NCBI RefSeq assembly: GCF_032444005.1
Contig: NC_091283.1
Coordinates: 775,620,001 to 775,684,000, forward strand
Source of the DNA: Ranitomeya imitator
Lineage: Eukaryota
Direction of reading: 5' to 3'
Length of the DNA stretch: 64,000 nucleotides
In this document: piece after piece, positions 23,201 through 35,755 of the stretch
How the letters are laid out: each line of letters starts with the position of its first letter
Numbering within the stretch: position 1 is the first letter of the stretch
The notes under the pieces: model-generated
The model's input: the letters and a program-made list of their open reading frames with translations, nothing else
Databases searched by the model: none
Told to the model about the DNA's origin: nothing
Position numbers and translations under genes: made by a program

Positions 23201-26052
23201 AGCCTGCAAAAGTTCCTGGGCTTTGCTAATTTTTATCGGTGCTTCATCGCTAATTTTTCTACTGTTGCTAAACCGTTGACTGATTTGACCAAGAAGGGTG
23301 CTGATGTGGTCAATTGGTCTTCTGCGGCTGTAGAGGCTTTTCAGGAGTTGAAGCGTCGTTTTTCTTCTGCCCCTGTGTTGTGCCAGCCAGATGTTTCGCT
23401 TCCGTTTCAGGTTGAGGTTGATGCTTCTGAGATTGGAGCAGGGGCTGTTTTGTCGCAAAGAAGTTCTGATGGCTCGGTGATGAAACCATGTGCTTTCTTT
23501 TCTAGAAAGTTTTCGCCTGCTGAGCGTAACTATGATGTTGGTAATCGTGAATTGTTGGCCATGAAGTGGGCATTCGAGGAGTGGCGTCATTGGCTGGAAG
23601 GAGCCAAGCATCGCGTGGTGGTCTTGACAGATCACAAGAATTTGACTTATCTTGAGTCTGCCAAACTGTTGAATCCGAGACAGGCTCGATGGTCGTTATT
23701 TTTCTCCCGTTTTGATTTTGTGGTTTCGTACCTTCCGGGCTCTAAGAATGTGAAGGCTGATGGCCTGTCAAGGAGTTTTGTGCCTGACTCTCCGGGTGTT
23801 CCTGAGCCGGCGGGTATTCTCAAAGAGGGGGTAATTTTGTCTGCCATCTCCCCTGATTTGCGGCGGGTGCTGCAAAAATTTCAGGCTGATAGACCTGACA
23901 GTTGCCCAGCGGAGAAACTGTTTGTCCCTGATAGATGGACTAGTAGAGTTATCTCTGAGATTCATTGTTCAGTGTTGGCTGGGCATCCTGGAATCTTTGG
24001 TACCAGAGATTTGGTGGCTAGATCCTTCTGGTGGCCGTCTTTGTCGCGGGATGTGCGTTCTTTTGTGCAGTCCTGTGGGACTTGTGCTCGGGCTAAGCCC
24101 TGCTGTTCTCATGCCAGTGGGTTGCTTTTGCCCTTGCCGGTCCCGAAGAGGCCCTGGACGCATATTTCCATGGATTTTATTTCGGATCTCCCCGTCTCTC
24201 AAAAGATGTCGGTCATTTGGGTGGTTTGTGATCGCTTTTCTAAGATGGTCCATTTGGTACCTTTGTCTAAATTGCCTTCCTCCTTTGATTTGGTGCCATT
24301 ATTTTTCCAGCATGTGGTTCGTTTACATGGTATCCCGGAGAACATCGTTTCTGACAGAGGTTCCCAGTTTGTTTCGAGGTTTTGGCGATCCTTTTGTGCT
24401 AGGATGGGCATTGATTTGTCTTTCCTCGGCTTTCCATCCTCAGAGAAATGGCCAAACCGAACGAACTAATCAAACTTTGGAAACATATCTGAGATGCTTT
24501 GTTTCTGCTGATCAGGATGATTGGGTGTCCTTCTTGCCGTTGGCTGAGTTCGCCCATAATAATCGGGCCAGCTCGGCTACTTTGGTTTCGCCGTTTTTCT
24601 GCAATTCTGGTTTCCATCCTCGTTTCTCTTCAGGGCAGGTTGAGTCTTCAGACTGTCCTGGTGTAGATACTGTGGTGGACAGGTTGCAGCAGATTTGGAC
24701 TCATGTGGTGGACAATTTGACATTGTCCCAGGAGAAGGCTCAACGTTTCGCTAACCGCCGGCGCTGTGTGGGTCCCCGACTTCGTGTTGGGGATTTGTTT
24801 TGGTTGTCGTCTCGTTATGTTCCTATGAAGGTTTCCTCTCCTAAGTTTAAGCCTCGTTTCATTGGTCCGTATGAGATTTCTGAGGTTATCAATCCTGTGT
24901 CATTTCGTTTGGCCCTTCCTGCTTCTTTTGCCATCCATAATGTGTTCCATAGGTCGTTATTGCGGAGATACGTGGCGCCTGTGGTTCCATCCGTTGATCC
25001 TTCTGCCCCGGTGTTAGTTGAGGGGGAGTTGGAGTATGTGGTGGAGAAGATTTTGGATTCTCGTGTTTCGAGACGGAAACTCCAGTACCTGGTCAAGTGG
25101 AAGGGTTATGGTCAGGAAGATAATTCCTGGGTTTTTGCCTCTGATGTTCATGCTGCCGATCTGGTTCGTGCCTTTCATTTGGCTCGTCCTGGTCGGCCTG
25201 GGGGCTCTGGTGAGGGTTCGGTGACCCCTCCTCAAGGGGGGGGTACTGTTGTGAATTCTGTTGTCGGGCTCCCTCCTGTGGTCATGAATGATGCTTCAGC
25301 TGGTTCTGTCCATGGACTTCCTCTGGTGGGTGTTTCTGAGTTTCCTTTCACAGGTGACGAGGTTAATTCGTTAGCTGCTGCTCTATTTAACTCCACTTAG
25401 ATCTTTGCTCCAGGCCACCTGTCAATGTTCCAGTATTGGTCTAGTTCACTCCTGGATCGTTCTTGTGACATGTCTTCCCATCAGAAGCTAAGTTCCAGCT
25501 TGTATTTCTTGGGTTTGCTATTTTTCTGTCCAGCTTGCTATTTAATTTGTTGTCTTGCTTGCTTGAAGCTCTGGGACGCAGAGGGAGCACCTCCGTACCG
25601 TTAGTCGGTGCGGAGGGTCTTTTTGCGCCCTCTGCGTGGTCTTTTTGTAGGTTTTTGTGCTGACCGCAAAGTAACCTTTCCTATCCTCGGTCTGTTCAGT
25701 AAGTCGGGCCTCACTTTGCTTAATCTATTTCATCTCTGTGTTTGTATTTTCATCTTTACTCACAGTCATTATATGTGGGGGGCTGCCTTTTCCTTTGGGG
25801 AATTTCTCTGAGGCAAGGTAGGCTTTATTTTTCTATTTTCAGGGCTAGCTAGTTTCTTAGGCTGTGCCGAGTTGCATAGGGAGCGTTAGGCGCAATCCAC
25901 GGCTATTTCTAGTGTGGTTGATAGGTTTAGGGTTTGCGGTCAGCAGAGTTCCCACGTCCCAGAGCTCGTCCTTTATTATCAGTATCTATCAGGTCATTCC
26001 GTGTGCTCTTAACCACCAGGTCCATTATTGTCCTGACCACCAGGTCATAACA
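20243..26052 (+). mobile_element. Full-length Sushi-like chromoviral Gypsy LTR retrotransposon (defective)
   Basis: LTRs 20243-21049 and 25247-26052 (TGTT...AACA); purine tract before the 3' LTR; gagagg on both flanks; gag-pol motifs in order. Confidence 0.95.
21186..25246 (+). pseudogene. Gypsy gag-pol pseudogene (gag, protease, RT, RNase H, integrase, chromodomain)
   Basis: CFYCGDSTHAISDC knuckle; FVDSGAALN protease; YLDDILV RT; VDASEIGAGA RNase H; H-H-C-C and MDFI/DRG integrase; EKILDSR...YLVKWKGY chromodomain. Stops at ~21345 and ~21378; frameshifts at ~22511 and ~24420. Confidence 0.92.
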
Positions 26053-26089
26053 GAGAGGTGAGTATTTCATTTTTTTTTTATATATTTGA

Positions 26090-26320
26090 AGCAATATATG
26101 GGGACCATCAGAAGGGGCCCATATATGGAGCATTATATGGGGCTAATTCTATATGGAGTATCTTATGGAGCCAATAATATAGGGAGCATCTTATGGGGCC
26201 AATTCAATATGGAGCAGTGTATGGGGCCAGTTACATATGGAGCAGTATATGGGGCCAATAATATATGAAGCATCTTATGGGACAAAATTATATATGGAGC
26301 ATTTTATATGGCCAATTATA
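26090..26320. repeat. Degenerate ~20-bp repeat inside the hAT element (left part)
   Basis: atatggggc.../tatggagcatt motifs that resume after the Tc1. Confidence 0.7.
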
Positions 26321-27876
26321 CAGTTAGGGCCAGAAATATTTGGACAGTGACACAAGTTTTGTTATTTTAGCTGTTTACAAAAACATGTTCAGAAATACAA
26401 TTATATATATAACATGGGCTGAAAGTGCACACTCCCAGCTGCAATATGATAGTTTCCACATCCAAATCGGAGAAAGGGTTTAGGAATCATAGCTCTGTAA
26501 TGCATAGCGTCCTCTTTTTCAAGGGACCAAAAGTAATTGGACAATGGACTCTAAGGGCTGCAATTAACTCTGAAGGCGTCTCCCTCGTTAACCTGTAATC
26601 AATGAAGTAGTTAAAAGGTCAGGGGTGGATTCCAGGTGTGTGGTTTTGCATTTGGAAGCTGTTGCTGTGAGCAGACAACATGCGGTCAAAGGAACTCTCA
26701 ATTGAGGTGAAGCAGAACATCCTGAGGCTGAAAAAAAAGAAAAAATCCATCAGAGAGATAGCAGACATGCTTGGAGTAGCAAAATCAACAGTTGGGTACA
26801 TTCTGAGAAAAAAGGAATTGACTGGTGAGCTTGGGAACTCAAAAAGGCCTGGGCGTCCACGGATGACAACAGTGGTGGATGATCGCCGCATACTTAATTT
26901 GGTGAAGAAGAACCCATTCACAACATCAACTGAAGTCCAGAACACTCTCAGTGAAGTAGGTGTATCTGTCTGTAAGTCAACAGTAAAGAGAAGACTCCAT
27001 GACAGTAAATACAAAGGGTTCACATCTAGATGCAAACATGAGACAAAGATCAACCTGTACCAGAATGATGGGAAGAAAAAAGTTTGGAGAAGAAAGGGAA
27101 CGGCACATGATCCAAGGCACACCACATCCTCTGTAAAACATGGTGGAGGCAACGTGATGGCATGGGCATGCATGGCTTTCAATGGCACTGGGTCACTTGT
27201 GTTTATTGATGACATAAGAGCAGACAAGAGTAGCCGGATGAATTCTGAAGTGTACCGGGATATACTTTCAGCCCAGATTCAACCAAATGCTGCAAAGTTG
27301 ATTGGACGGCGCTTCATAGTACAGATGGACAATGACCCCAAGCATACAGCCAAAGCTACCCAGGAGTTCATGAGTGCCAAAAAGTGGAACATTCTGCAAT
27401 GGCCAAGTCAATCTCCAGATCTAAACCCAATTGAGCATGCATTTCACTTGCTCAAATCCAGACTTAAGACGGAAAGACCCACAAACAAGCAAGACCTGAA
27501 GGCTGCGGCTGTAAAGGCCTGGCAAAGCATTAAGAAGGAGGAAACCCAGCGTTTGGTGATGTCCATGGGTTCCAGACTTAAGGCAGTGATTGCCTCCAAA
27601 GGATTTGCAACAAAATATTGAAAATAAAAATATTTTGTTTGGGTTATGTTTATTTGTCCAATTACTTTTGACCTCCTAAAATGTGGAGTGTTTGTAAAGA
27701 AATGTGTACAATTCCTACATTTTCTATCAGATATTTTTGTTCAACCCTTCAAATTAAACGTTACAATCTGCACTTGAATTCTGTTGTAGAGGTTTCATTT
27801 CAAATCCAATGTGGTGGCATGCAGAGCCCAACTCGCGAAAATTGTGTCACTGTCCAAATATTTCTGGCCCTAACTG
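26321..27876 (+). mobile_element. Tc1 (DD34E) transposon, complete ends
   Basis: TIR cagttagggccagaaatatttggacagtgacac at both ends; TA flanks. Confidence 0.95.
26680..27621 (+). CDS. Tc1 transposase, 313 aa, with an in-frame deletion of the first catalytic Asp
   Basis: HTH region, GRPR, MDNDPKH...SPDLNPIE (34-residue spacing); SRCKHETKIN where W.DETK is expected. Confidence 0.85.
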   Translation: MRSKELSIEVKQNILRLKKKKKSIREIADMLGVAKSTVGYILRKKELTGELGNSKRPGRPRMTTVVDDRRILNLVKKNPFTTSTEVQNTLSEVGVSVCKSTVKRRLHDSKYKGFTSRCKHETKINLYQNDGKKKVWRRKGTAHDPRHTTSSVKHGGGNVMAWACMAFNGTGSLVFIDDIRADKSSRMNSEVYRDILSAQIQPNAAKLIGRRFIVQMDNDPKHTAKATQEFMSAKKWNILQWPSQSPDLNPIEHAFHLLKSRLKTERPTNKQDLKAAAVKAWQSIKKEETQRLVMSMGSRLKAVIASKGFATKY

Positions 27877-28470
27877 TATATGGAGCATTATATGGGGCCC
27901 ATTATACATGGAGCATGTTATTGGGAAATTATTTTTGGAGCATTATATGGGACCCATTCTGTAAGGAGTATTATATGGGGCCCATTCTGTGTAGAGCATC
28001 ATATGGAGCCCATTCTGTATGGAGCAATATATGGGACTCAGTATACTGTATGGGGCCCATCACCTACTGTATGGAGCATTATATGAGGCCCATTATATAT
28101 GGAGCAATAGATGGGGCCCATCATATACTGTATGGAGAATTATATGTGGCTCACTATACTGTATGGAGCATTATATGGGGTCAATTCCATATGGAGCAAA
28201 ATATGCGTCTCATTCTGTGGTGCCCATTATACTGTATGGAGCATTATATGATGCTCATTATTCTGTATGGAGCATAATATTGGGCTCATTATTCTGTTTG
28301 GAGCAATATATGGGACTCATTATTCTGTATAGAGGACTATGTGGTGCCAATTATACTGTATGAGCACTATATGGGGCCATTATACTGTATGGGGCAATAT
28401 ATGGGGCTCATTATTCTGTCTGGAGCAATATATGGGGGTCATTATTCTGTGTAGAGGACTATACTGTCCG
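27877..28470. repeat. Degenerate ~20-bp repeat inside the hAT element (right part)
   Basis: Continuation of the tatggagcattatatgggg motifs. Confidence 0.75.
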
Positions 28471-29603
28471 GTTTCTGAGCTAATGTAGAATGCACAATAG
28501 ATATCACTCATGTAATGTAAGAAGTACCGTAAGTGAAATCTTTGGCATTGTACAATACCTATATTTCTCTGCCGTATCGGTGCATTATGAATTGTGGTAT
28601 GTGTTAAAGGGGCCCACTGGGACTCTCTTGCCCAGGGCCCATGAAAACCTGGAGCCGGCCCTGTATGTTGGGAATGGTATGAGAAAAGTTTTGGCAAAAA
28701 CGCCACTAACATTGCCTGCATTCAATTAATGGTCGCTATAAAGTTGCACTAATGAGAACCACATATCCTATTGTTAATTGCACAATAGAGTATCCTAATA
28801 AACCACAGGTGACATGTTAATGAGAGTCACATGAATAAGACTCAAGGTTTTTGTTTTTTTTTCTTTCGCTATGTTGCAAAAATATTTTAAAAGATAACTA
28901 AAACCTCTCGTGAAGGCCAAGCTTTTACGGCCTCCGTGTAACTCATGAGAAAATACATCTTGCAAGGAAACCACCTGGCTTGACAGTTGACTGCATTTGT
29001 ACAAAAGATGCTATTTCTTTTAATGCGTATGTCATTAACCCTTACACAAAGTAGGCATGAAAATGCTAAAAGTCAGAGGGAGTCGGCTTACGTTAGATAG
29101 AACTATGTAAGTGTATGTAATGGAGAGACTAAATGTGATGGCGCCAGGTCCACCATGTTTTCCAGAATGTATGGCTTTGGACAATGGTGTGTCCTTGAGG
29201 GCCCCAATGTAAAATCTTCAGCAGGGCACAAAACAATCACAAATTTTTAATAGTATTGGACTTCTGATATGGGCAAAGAGAATCTTTTGGCCCCATAGGC
29301 TCCAGGGCCGGGTCTACTTCAACCATTACACATGCTATAGTTGGCTGTGGAGTCAGTAGAAATGTTCTGTCTCCAGCTTTAAAAATTATATATTACACGT
29401 TTTATCAATCTGAGGCCCCTATTTATCAGAAAAACAATGATCTAGTGATGCTAAACACACCAGCGCTTACTCGTAAAGGAATAAAGTCTATATGATACTA
29501 AACACACCAGCGCTTACTCGTAAAGGAATAAAGTCTATATGATACTAAACACACCAGCGCTTGACAGGGGCTTAGCTTATATTCTTGGGAGCGACTGTGG
29601 CCG

Positions 29604-29656
29604 GGTAACCCTGACGAAGAAGGACGCTGCTCCTTCGAAACGCGTTGGTCATTACC
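29604..29656 (+). ncRNA. Type I hammerhead ribozyme motif (Penelope-like)
   Basis: CUGACGA core (29611-29617), stem II gaagga/tccttc, GAAA, palindromic AACGCGUU, GUU site, bulged stem I (ggtaacc / ggt-cat-tacc). Confidence 0.65.
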
Positions 29657-30430
29657 TTGTCCCTAGCGCCGCTCCGTAGCTTTCTAGCTGTGACGTCACA
29701 CGCTCAGTCCTCTGTCGGCCATCTTCCTCGTGCTTGTATCCAGGGACGCCACCGGCCGGGGCTCTCCCTGGCTCTACATAGCCCTTCTGCAGTCCCCGCG
29801 TGCAGCACCGTTCCGGGAACCTGTGGACTTTCCACCGTTTCTCCACACCTGGCGCCGGCCATTCTTCTTGGCAGCGCCACACGCAACTCTGCACCTGGCA
29901 CGTGGGCGCCCTTATTCCAGCCTATTATACAGCTGCATTGCTCGGCACAGTTCCTTTACGCGGTTACCCAGAAGTTACAGGTACGATCACCATATATGCC
30001 GAGGGACACAGCCCATCTCTTTGGGGTACTATATATGTATTTATTTTGGTTTTAGTGTTTTTTGCCCGGGCCTATGTAGTATTGCTGTTTGTTGATTGTA
30101 TTGGTCCACAGCAATTAAGGGACCTTTCAGTTCCATTATATACCATTTAGTGCCGTGGTATTGCATATTTTTTCTTGTTCTATTTTACTCCCTTATGCGC
30201 GGTCTCTATTACTACTTTTTTCCAATGATCTAGTGGTGTTACCATTTGACTACAGCAAATTTCTTATTACTTATTATTGGCCGTTTATAAAGGCGTCAGG
30301 AGCCAGGTCTTTGGCTTACGGACTCCACAGCCCTGCTAGAATAGGATCGATGTTCAAAATGGTTCGACGGTGTACAGAAAGGTTATCCCAATTATCGAAT
30401 GCATGCAAAGTATGTGAAACTCAGTATGTA

Positions 30431-32420
30431 GAGTTGCGCTCAAAGGTTTACATACCCCAACAGAATTTTTGCTTTCTTGGCCTTTTTTCAGAGAATATGA
30501 ATGATAACACCAAAACTTTTTCCCCACTCATGGTTAGTGGTTAGGTGAAGCCATTTATTGTCAAGCTACTGTGTTTTCTATTTTTAAAGCATAATGACAA
30601 CTCAAAACCTCCAAATTACCCTGATCAAAAGTTCACATACCCTGGTGATTTTGGCCTGATAACATGCACAGAAGTTGACACAAATGGGTTTGAATGGCTA
30701 CTAAAGGTAACATCCTCACCTGTGACCAGTTTGCTTGTAATCAGTGTGTGTGCATAAAAGCTGAGTGAGTTTCTGGGATCCAGACAGACTCTTGCATCTT
30801 TCATCCAGCCACTGACGTTTCTGGATTGTGAGTTATGGAAATAGCAAAAAAATTGTCAACGGATCTACGGGAAAGGGTAGTTGAACTCTATAAAACAGGA
30901 AAGGGATACAAAAAGATATACAAGGAATTGATAATTCCAGTCAGCAGCTTTCAAACTGTGATTAACAAATGGAAAATCAGGGGCCCTGTAAAAACAAATC
31001 CATGGTCAGGTAGACCAACAAAAATGTCGTCCACAACTGCCAGAAAAATTGTTAAGGATGCAAAGAAAAAAACGCAAAAAACATCAGCTAAAATACAGGA
31101 CTCTCTGAAAACTAGTGGTGTGGCTGTTGCACAATAAGGAGGCACTTGAAGAAAAATGGGCTGCATGGTCGAGTCACCAGAAAAAAAGCCATTACTGCAC
31201 AAATGCCAAAGTATATCTCCTGCAATATGCAAAACAGCACAGAGACAAGCATCAAAACTTGTAGAACAAGGTAATTTGGAGTGATGATGTCATGATACGT
31301 ATTGCGACCAAACAGGGGGGGGCGGTTAGCGGGCGGCACAGCACACACACAATGGGATCGAAAAGGGGTGAGGAAGGCCCTACCGATAGGGAAATGAAGG
31401 AATTGACACCTCTGAGCTCAAACCTGAGCCTGTCCCTGCACTCCCTAATGCCCTAAGTGGGTCCTTCCCTCCCACCACCATCAGGAACCTCATCCCTCAC
31501 TGTCACCTCTCACTGCCCTGGCTCGTGCACTGGCCGGCAAGGAGTGCTAGCCTCACCACTGCAGATGGTACCACACAGGGGATAGGGACGAACACAAAAG
31601 GGACAAGGAGCAAACACAGCACATAGCTTCAGACACCACTGCCAAGCTCCACACCACAGATAGCACAGCAACAGAACTCTAAAACCCCAGAAATGGCTGA
31701 CACCAGAGAGCTACTCCTGCAAGGCTGGTATCCATAGAGAAACTCTTAACACCAACAGTCAGCTGATGCATCAGGTGACCATTTAAAGGATGGTGAGCGT
31801 GATCACCACCACATCAGCTGACCCAACAGCACTGCAGTTACACCAGATTTCCAGTGGGGAGAAACCTGACATTAACCTCCGATGGTCCTGAAAGGAAAAA
31901 TCAACATTTAAAACAGTGGAACCAGCGCTGCCATGAATCCAAAAATGGATCGTGACAGATGAGACCAAATTTGAACTTTTTGGCCACAGCCATAAACGTT
32001 ACATTTGGAGAGAGGTCAACAAGGCCTATGATGAAAGGAACACCATTCCTACTATAAAGCATGGAGGTGGATTGCAGATGTTTTTGGGATGTGTGAGCTA
32101 CAAAGACACAGGAAACTTGGTCAAAGTTGAAGGAAAGATGAATGCAGCATGTTATCAGCAAATACTGGAGGCAAATTTGCACTCATCAGCCCAGAAGCTG
32201 CGCATGGGATGTACTTGGACGTTCCAACATGACAATGATCCAAAACACAAGGCCAAGCAGACCTGTCATTGGCTACAGCAGAACAAAGTGAAGGTTCTGG
32301 AGTGACCATCTCAGTCTCCTGACCTCAGTATCATTGAGCCACTCTGGGGAGATCTCAAGTGCGCTGTTCATGCTAGATAGCCCAGAAATTTACAGGAACT
32401 GGAGGCTTTTTGCTAAGAAG
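30431..32420 (+). mobile_element. Defective, 3'-truncated Tc1 interrupted by a solo LTR
   Basis: TA + gagttgcgctcaaaggtttacatacccc; transposase pieces at 30835-31137 and 31958-32420 (ETKFELFG, FQHDNDPKH, SPDLS.IE). Confidence 0.85.
31288..31957. mobile_element. Solo LTR
   Basis: tgtcatgat...atcgtgaca; 5-bp TSD gatga at 31283-31287 and 31958-31962. Confidence 0.85.
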
Positions 32421-33555
32421 AGTGGGCAAACCAAGTACAGGCACTTGGTGCACCATGGGGTTGCCATTTAAGTGCACCTTCCCATCTGCTTGTTTTCCAT
32501 CTATCTCTATGAAACCAGAGCTGTCAATCAAAGAATAGGGGAGAGTGGGGATAGAGGGAAAACTAACAGGTGGGAAGGTGTACCTAAATGTTCGTCTACA
32601 CCACAGTGCACCAGGTACAAATTTTGAACAGTCATTCTGTGCTGACAGACTGCCTCTTAAGAGTAACTAAATTGAATTTGTATGGTTTTTTTTTTATAAA
32701 ATTGTCCAGCATGGAAAGTTATGAAATTGTATAAATTACTTTATTATAGGATTTGACTGCATTTCTCTAAAAACTGTGCTTGTAAGTGGCTTTCATGACC
32801 CCTGCTTTTTTCCCAATTTATTTTCCTGCTGCTAGCTGTATTGATATCAGAACGTACTGATTTGGGAACAGATCATGGCAGTGATGGGTCAGCACCTGTG
32901 TCCTCCGCTGAGTGTTCTGCTCACCAGAACTATCTCCTGCAGCAGATTATCCCCAGAGTTAGTGAGACATGGTTGCTAACCCTCTCACTGCCATTATCTG
33001 TACTCCAAATGAGTACATTCTGATGTCTTTGTAGCTAAAAGCAAGCACACTGGCTGGGGAAACGCAAATTACATACAATTGTATAGAGGAGTGGAGATAA
33101 ATTCCCTAATAAAATGATTTGCAATAACTTCATATGCTAGACAGCATTATTAAAAAAAAGATAATCACTTTGCTATAGTACTGATCAATGTGATTGCCTA
33201 CAGCAGTCTCACAGAAAAGAACAGAATGGAATGTTATAGTGAGCACGGACGGCTTTATGTATCCTATTTTGGCCATACAGATACTGTATGTAATCATTTT
33301 TTTTCACGTCTGTGACCAGAATTGATGACCAGTGTTCATATATACTATGCTGAGCGTTTTTTTTTTTTTTTCATTTGATTACTTAATGATTATCCAAAGA
33401 ACATTCTGATTTGGCACTTTTCTTTTTTCTTATTTATTGTCTTTGGATAATCATTACCTAGTACCAGCTGTACACGTTTATGGCTATTACTTAATTTAAT
33501 TTACCAATTTTGACCTCCATAACTGAATTTTCCCTTCCCTCTTTTTTGGCATATA

Positions 33556-34030
33556 GAGTACAGACCAAAAGTTTGGACACACCTTCTCATTTAAAGATTT
33601 TTCTGTATTTTCGTGACTATGAAAATTGTATATTCACACTGAAGGCATCAAAACTATGAATTAACACATGTGGAATCATATACTCAACAAAAATAAAGTG
33701 TGAAACAACTGAAATTATGTCTTATATTCTAGGTTCTTCAAAGTAGCCACCTTTTTTCCTTGATGATTGCTTTGCACACTCTTGGCATTCTCTTGATGAG
33801 CTTCAAGAAGTAGTCACCAGGAATGGTTTTCACTTCACAGGTGTGCCCTGTCAGGTTTAATAAGTGGGTTTTCTTGCCTTATAAATGGGGTTGGGACTTT
33901 CAGTTGTGTTGTGCAGAAGTCTGGTGGATACACAGCTGATAGTCCTACTGAATAGACTGTTAGAATTTGTATTGTGGCAAGAAAAAAGCAGCTAAGTAAA
34001 GAATAACGAGTGGCCATCATTACTTTAAGA
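33556..34030 (+). mobile_element. Tc1 5' fragment (TIR and start of a dead transposase)
   Basis: gagtacagaccaaaagtttggacacacc terminus; ends shortly after a degenerate transposase start. Confidence 0.65.
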
Positions 34031-34650
34031 ATATAAAATAGTTTTTACCGTATAAAAGCGCCAAAACACAAAAAAAAGATATAAATTAGGTATTGCTGTA
34101 ATCATACTGACCCGGAGAATAAAACTGCTTTAATAATTTTACCAAGCGTGGTAAAATTGGGCATCTAAGGGATCCCTAGCTATCATGTATCCTTAGTGCA
34201 CCTTTTTGTTGCCTACGGTAAGTTTTTTGTTTCAATATGTTTATTCAAATTTTTGAACATATATCATAACATAACATTACACATATGTTGTTCCATGTAG
34301 AAGGAATATGCAAGTTATTGGCAGATATAATGCTTGAGTCAAATTAACTCAAACTGAGTCACACAAATAAAGAAAAAAGAACACGGAAGCTACAACATAG
34401 ACAAGGACAAAGGGAAGAAACAACAGGACAGGGGGCATCATCGCTGTCAGCAAACTTATAACTATAACATCGGTGGTAACGGAATGATACAACACAATCC
34501 CCAAACGCGCATAGACTCTAATTGGAAGGATGCATACGTGGTCAAGTGTATTTCAATAAATTGGGAGATTCCCCTCCCTTTTTTTTTTTTTTTTGACGGA
34601 TCATTTCACATTATATACAACTAAGATCAATCTACAATACAAACAATTAT

Positions 34651-35755
34651 TTACGGAGACAGTGAGATGGCCCGAGCCAAATGAGCACCAAGATCAAGGT
34701 CTAGCCAGGGGCTCCAGATTTTATGAAAAGTGTTCCAATCATCAGTCCTGGTGGCTTGGATTCGTTCATACAATAGGATTATATTCACCCTATCTTTGAC
34801 CAGTGAGATTGTCAACGACGGTGTCCTCCATTTGGCAGCTATATAGATCCTGGTTGCCATACATATAGTGTTCACCAATTTATGTAGACTCTTTGAGAAC
34901 CCAGGGTATTTCTTACCTAGCAGGAACACCGCAGGATCCATTGGGATCGATTTACCAAAAATCAGTTCAATAATCAATTTAACCTCACGCCAAAGAGCCT
35001 CAACTACTGGGCACGTCCACCAGGTGTGTAACATATCTCCTGGCATATTACAACCTCTAAAACAATTTTCCGAGATGTGTGGAAACATAGCATGTAGTTT
35101 TGTGGGTACATAATATACTCTATGTAGTACTTTTAGTGAAGTTTCAGTTAGTGATGTCTGATGACTACCTTTAGATAGCGTATCACAGCAAGCACGCCAT
35201 GTTTCCAAGGGCATGGTGAAACCCAGGTCCGCCTCCCACTGTAGCATATATTTTAATTTCCCCGTGGTGTGCTGCACATTGAACATGGAGTATAACAAGG
35301 ATATCATCCCGTTCCCCATTGGGCTATTTATGCACCTCTGTTCAAAGCTTGTTAGACAAAATGGGGTTCCGTGGGGTGAATTCTGTCTAGCAAAGTGGAA
35401 GACTTGATTTATGCGTAAGGCTTCTCTAGGGGGAGGCTCAAATCGTTGTATAAATTCTTGTCTGGTGAGTAATAAATTAAGCGGTGAACAAAGATGTTTC
35501 AGAGTAGTGATTCCCTTTAAAATCCACCAAGAGTAGTGTGCCGTTTCCAGGCCTGGCTTAAACATGGGGTTACAAAACAGGGAAATGAGGGGGGAAGACC
35601 TTGACTGTAATCCGTACTTAAACCTCTCCTTCCTCCATAGGATCAAGGAGAGGGCAGAGAAAGGAGCAATAGTTGAAATATTTTGCGGTAGTTTTTCGGT
35701 AGACCATAGAAGACCGCGAAGTGAGTGTGGTCGTAAGAGGTGAGATTCTAGTTGT
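34651..35755 (-). pseudogene. L1 ORF2 C-terminal remnant
   Basis: Open frame QLESHLLRPHSLRGLLWS...KVLHRVY...CFRGC...HTWWTC (C-terminal CCHC); no EN or RT motifs present. Confidence 0.8.

Larger units (their letters stand above)
19924..28663. mobile_element. Non-autonomous hAT element carrying nested Gypsy and Tc1 insertions
   Basis: Termini cagggctggcgtcag / ctggagccggccctg; 8-bp TSD catgttgg (19916-19923) vs tatgttgg (28664-28671). Confidence 0.8.
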
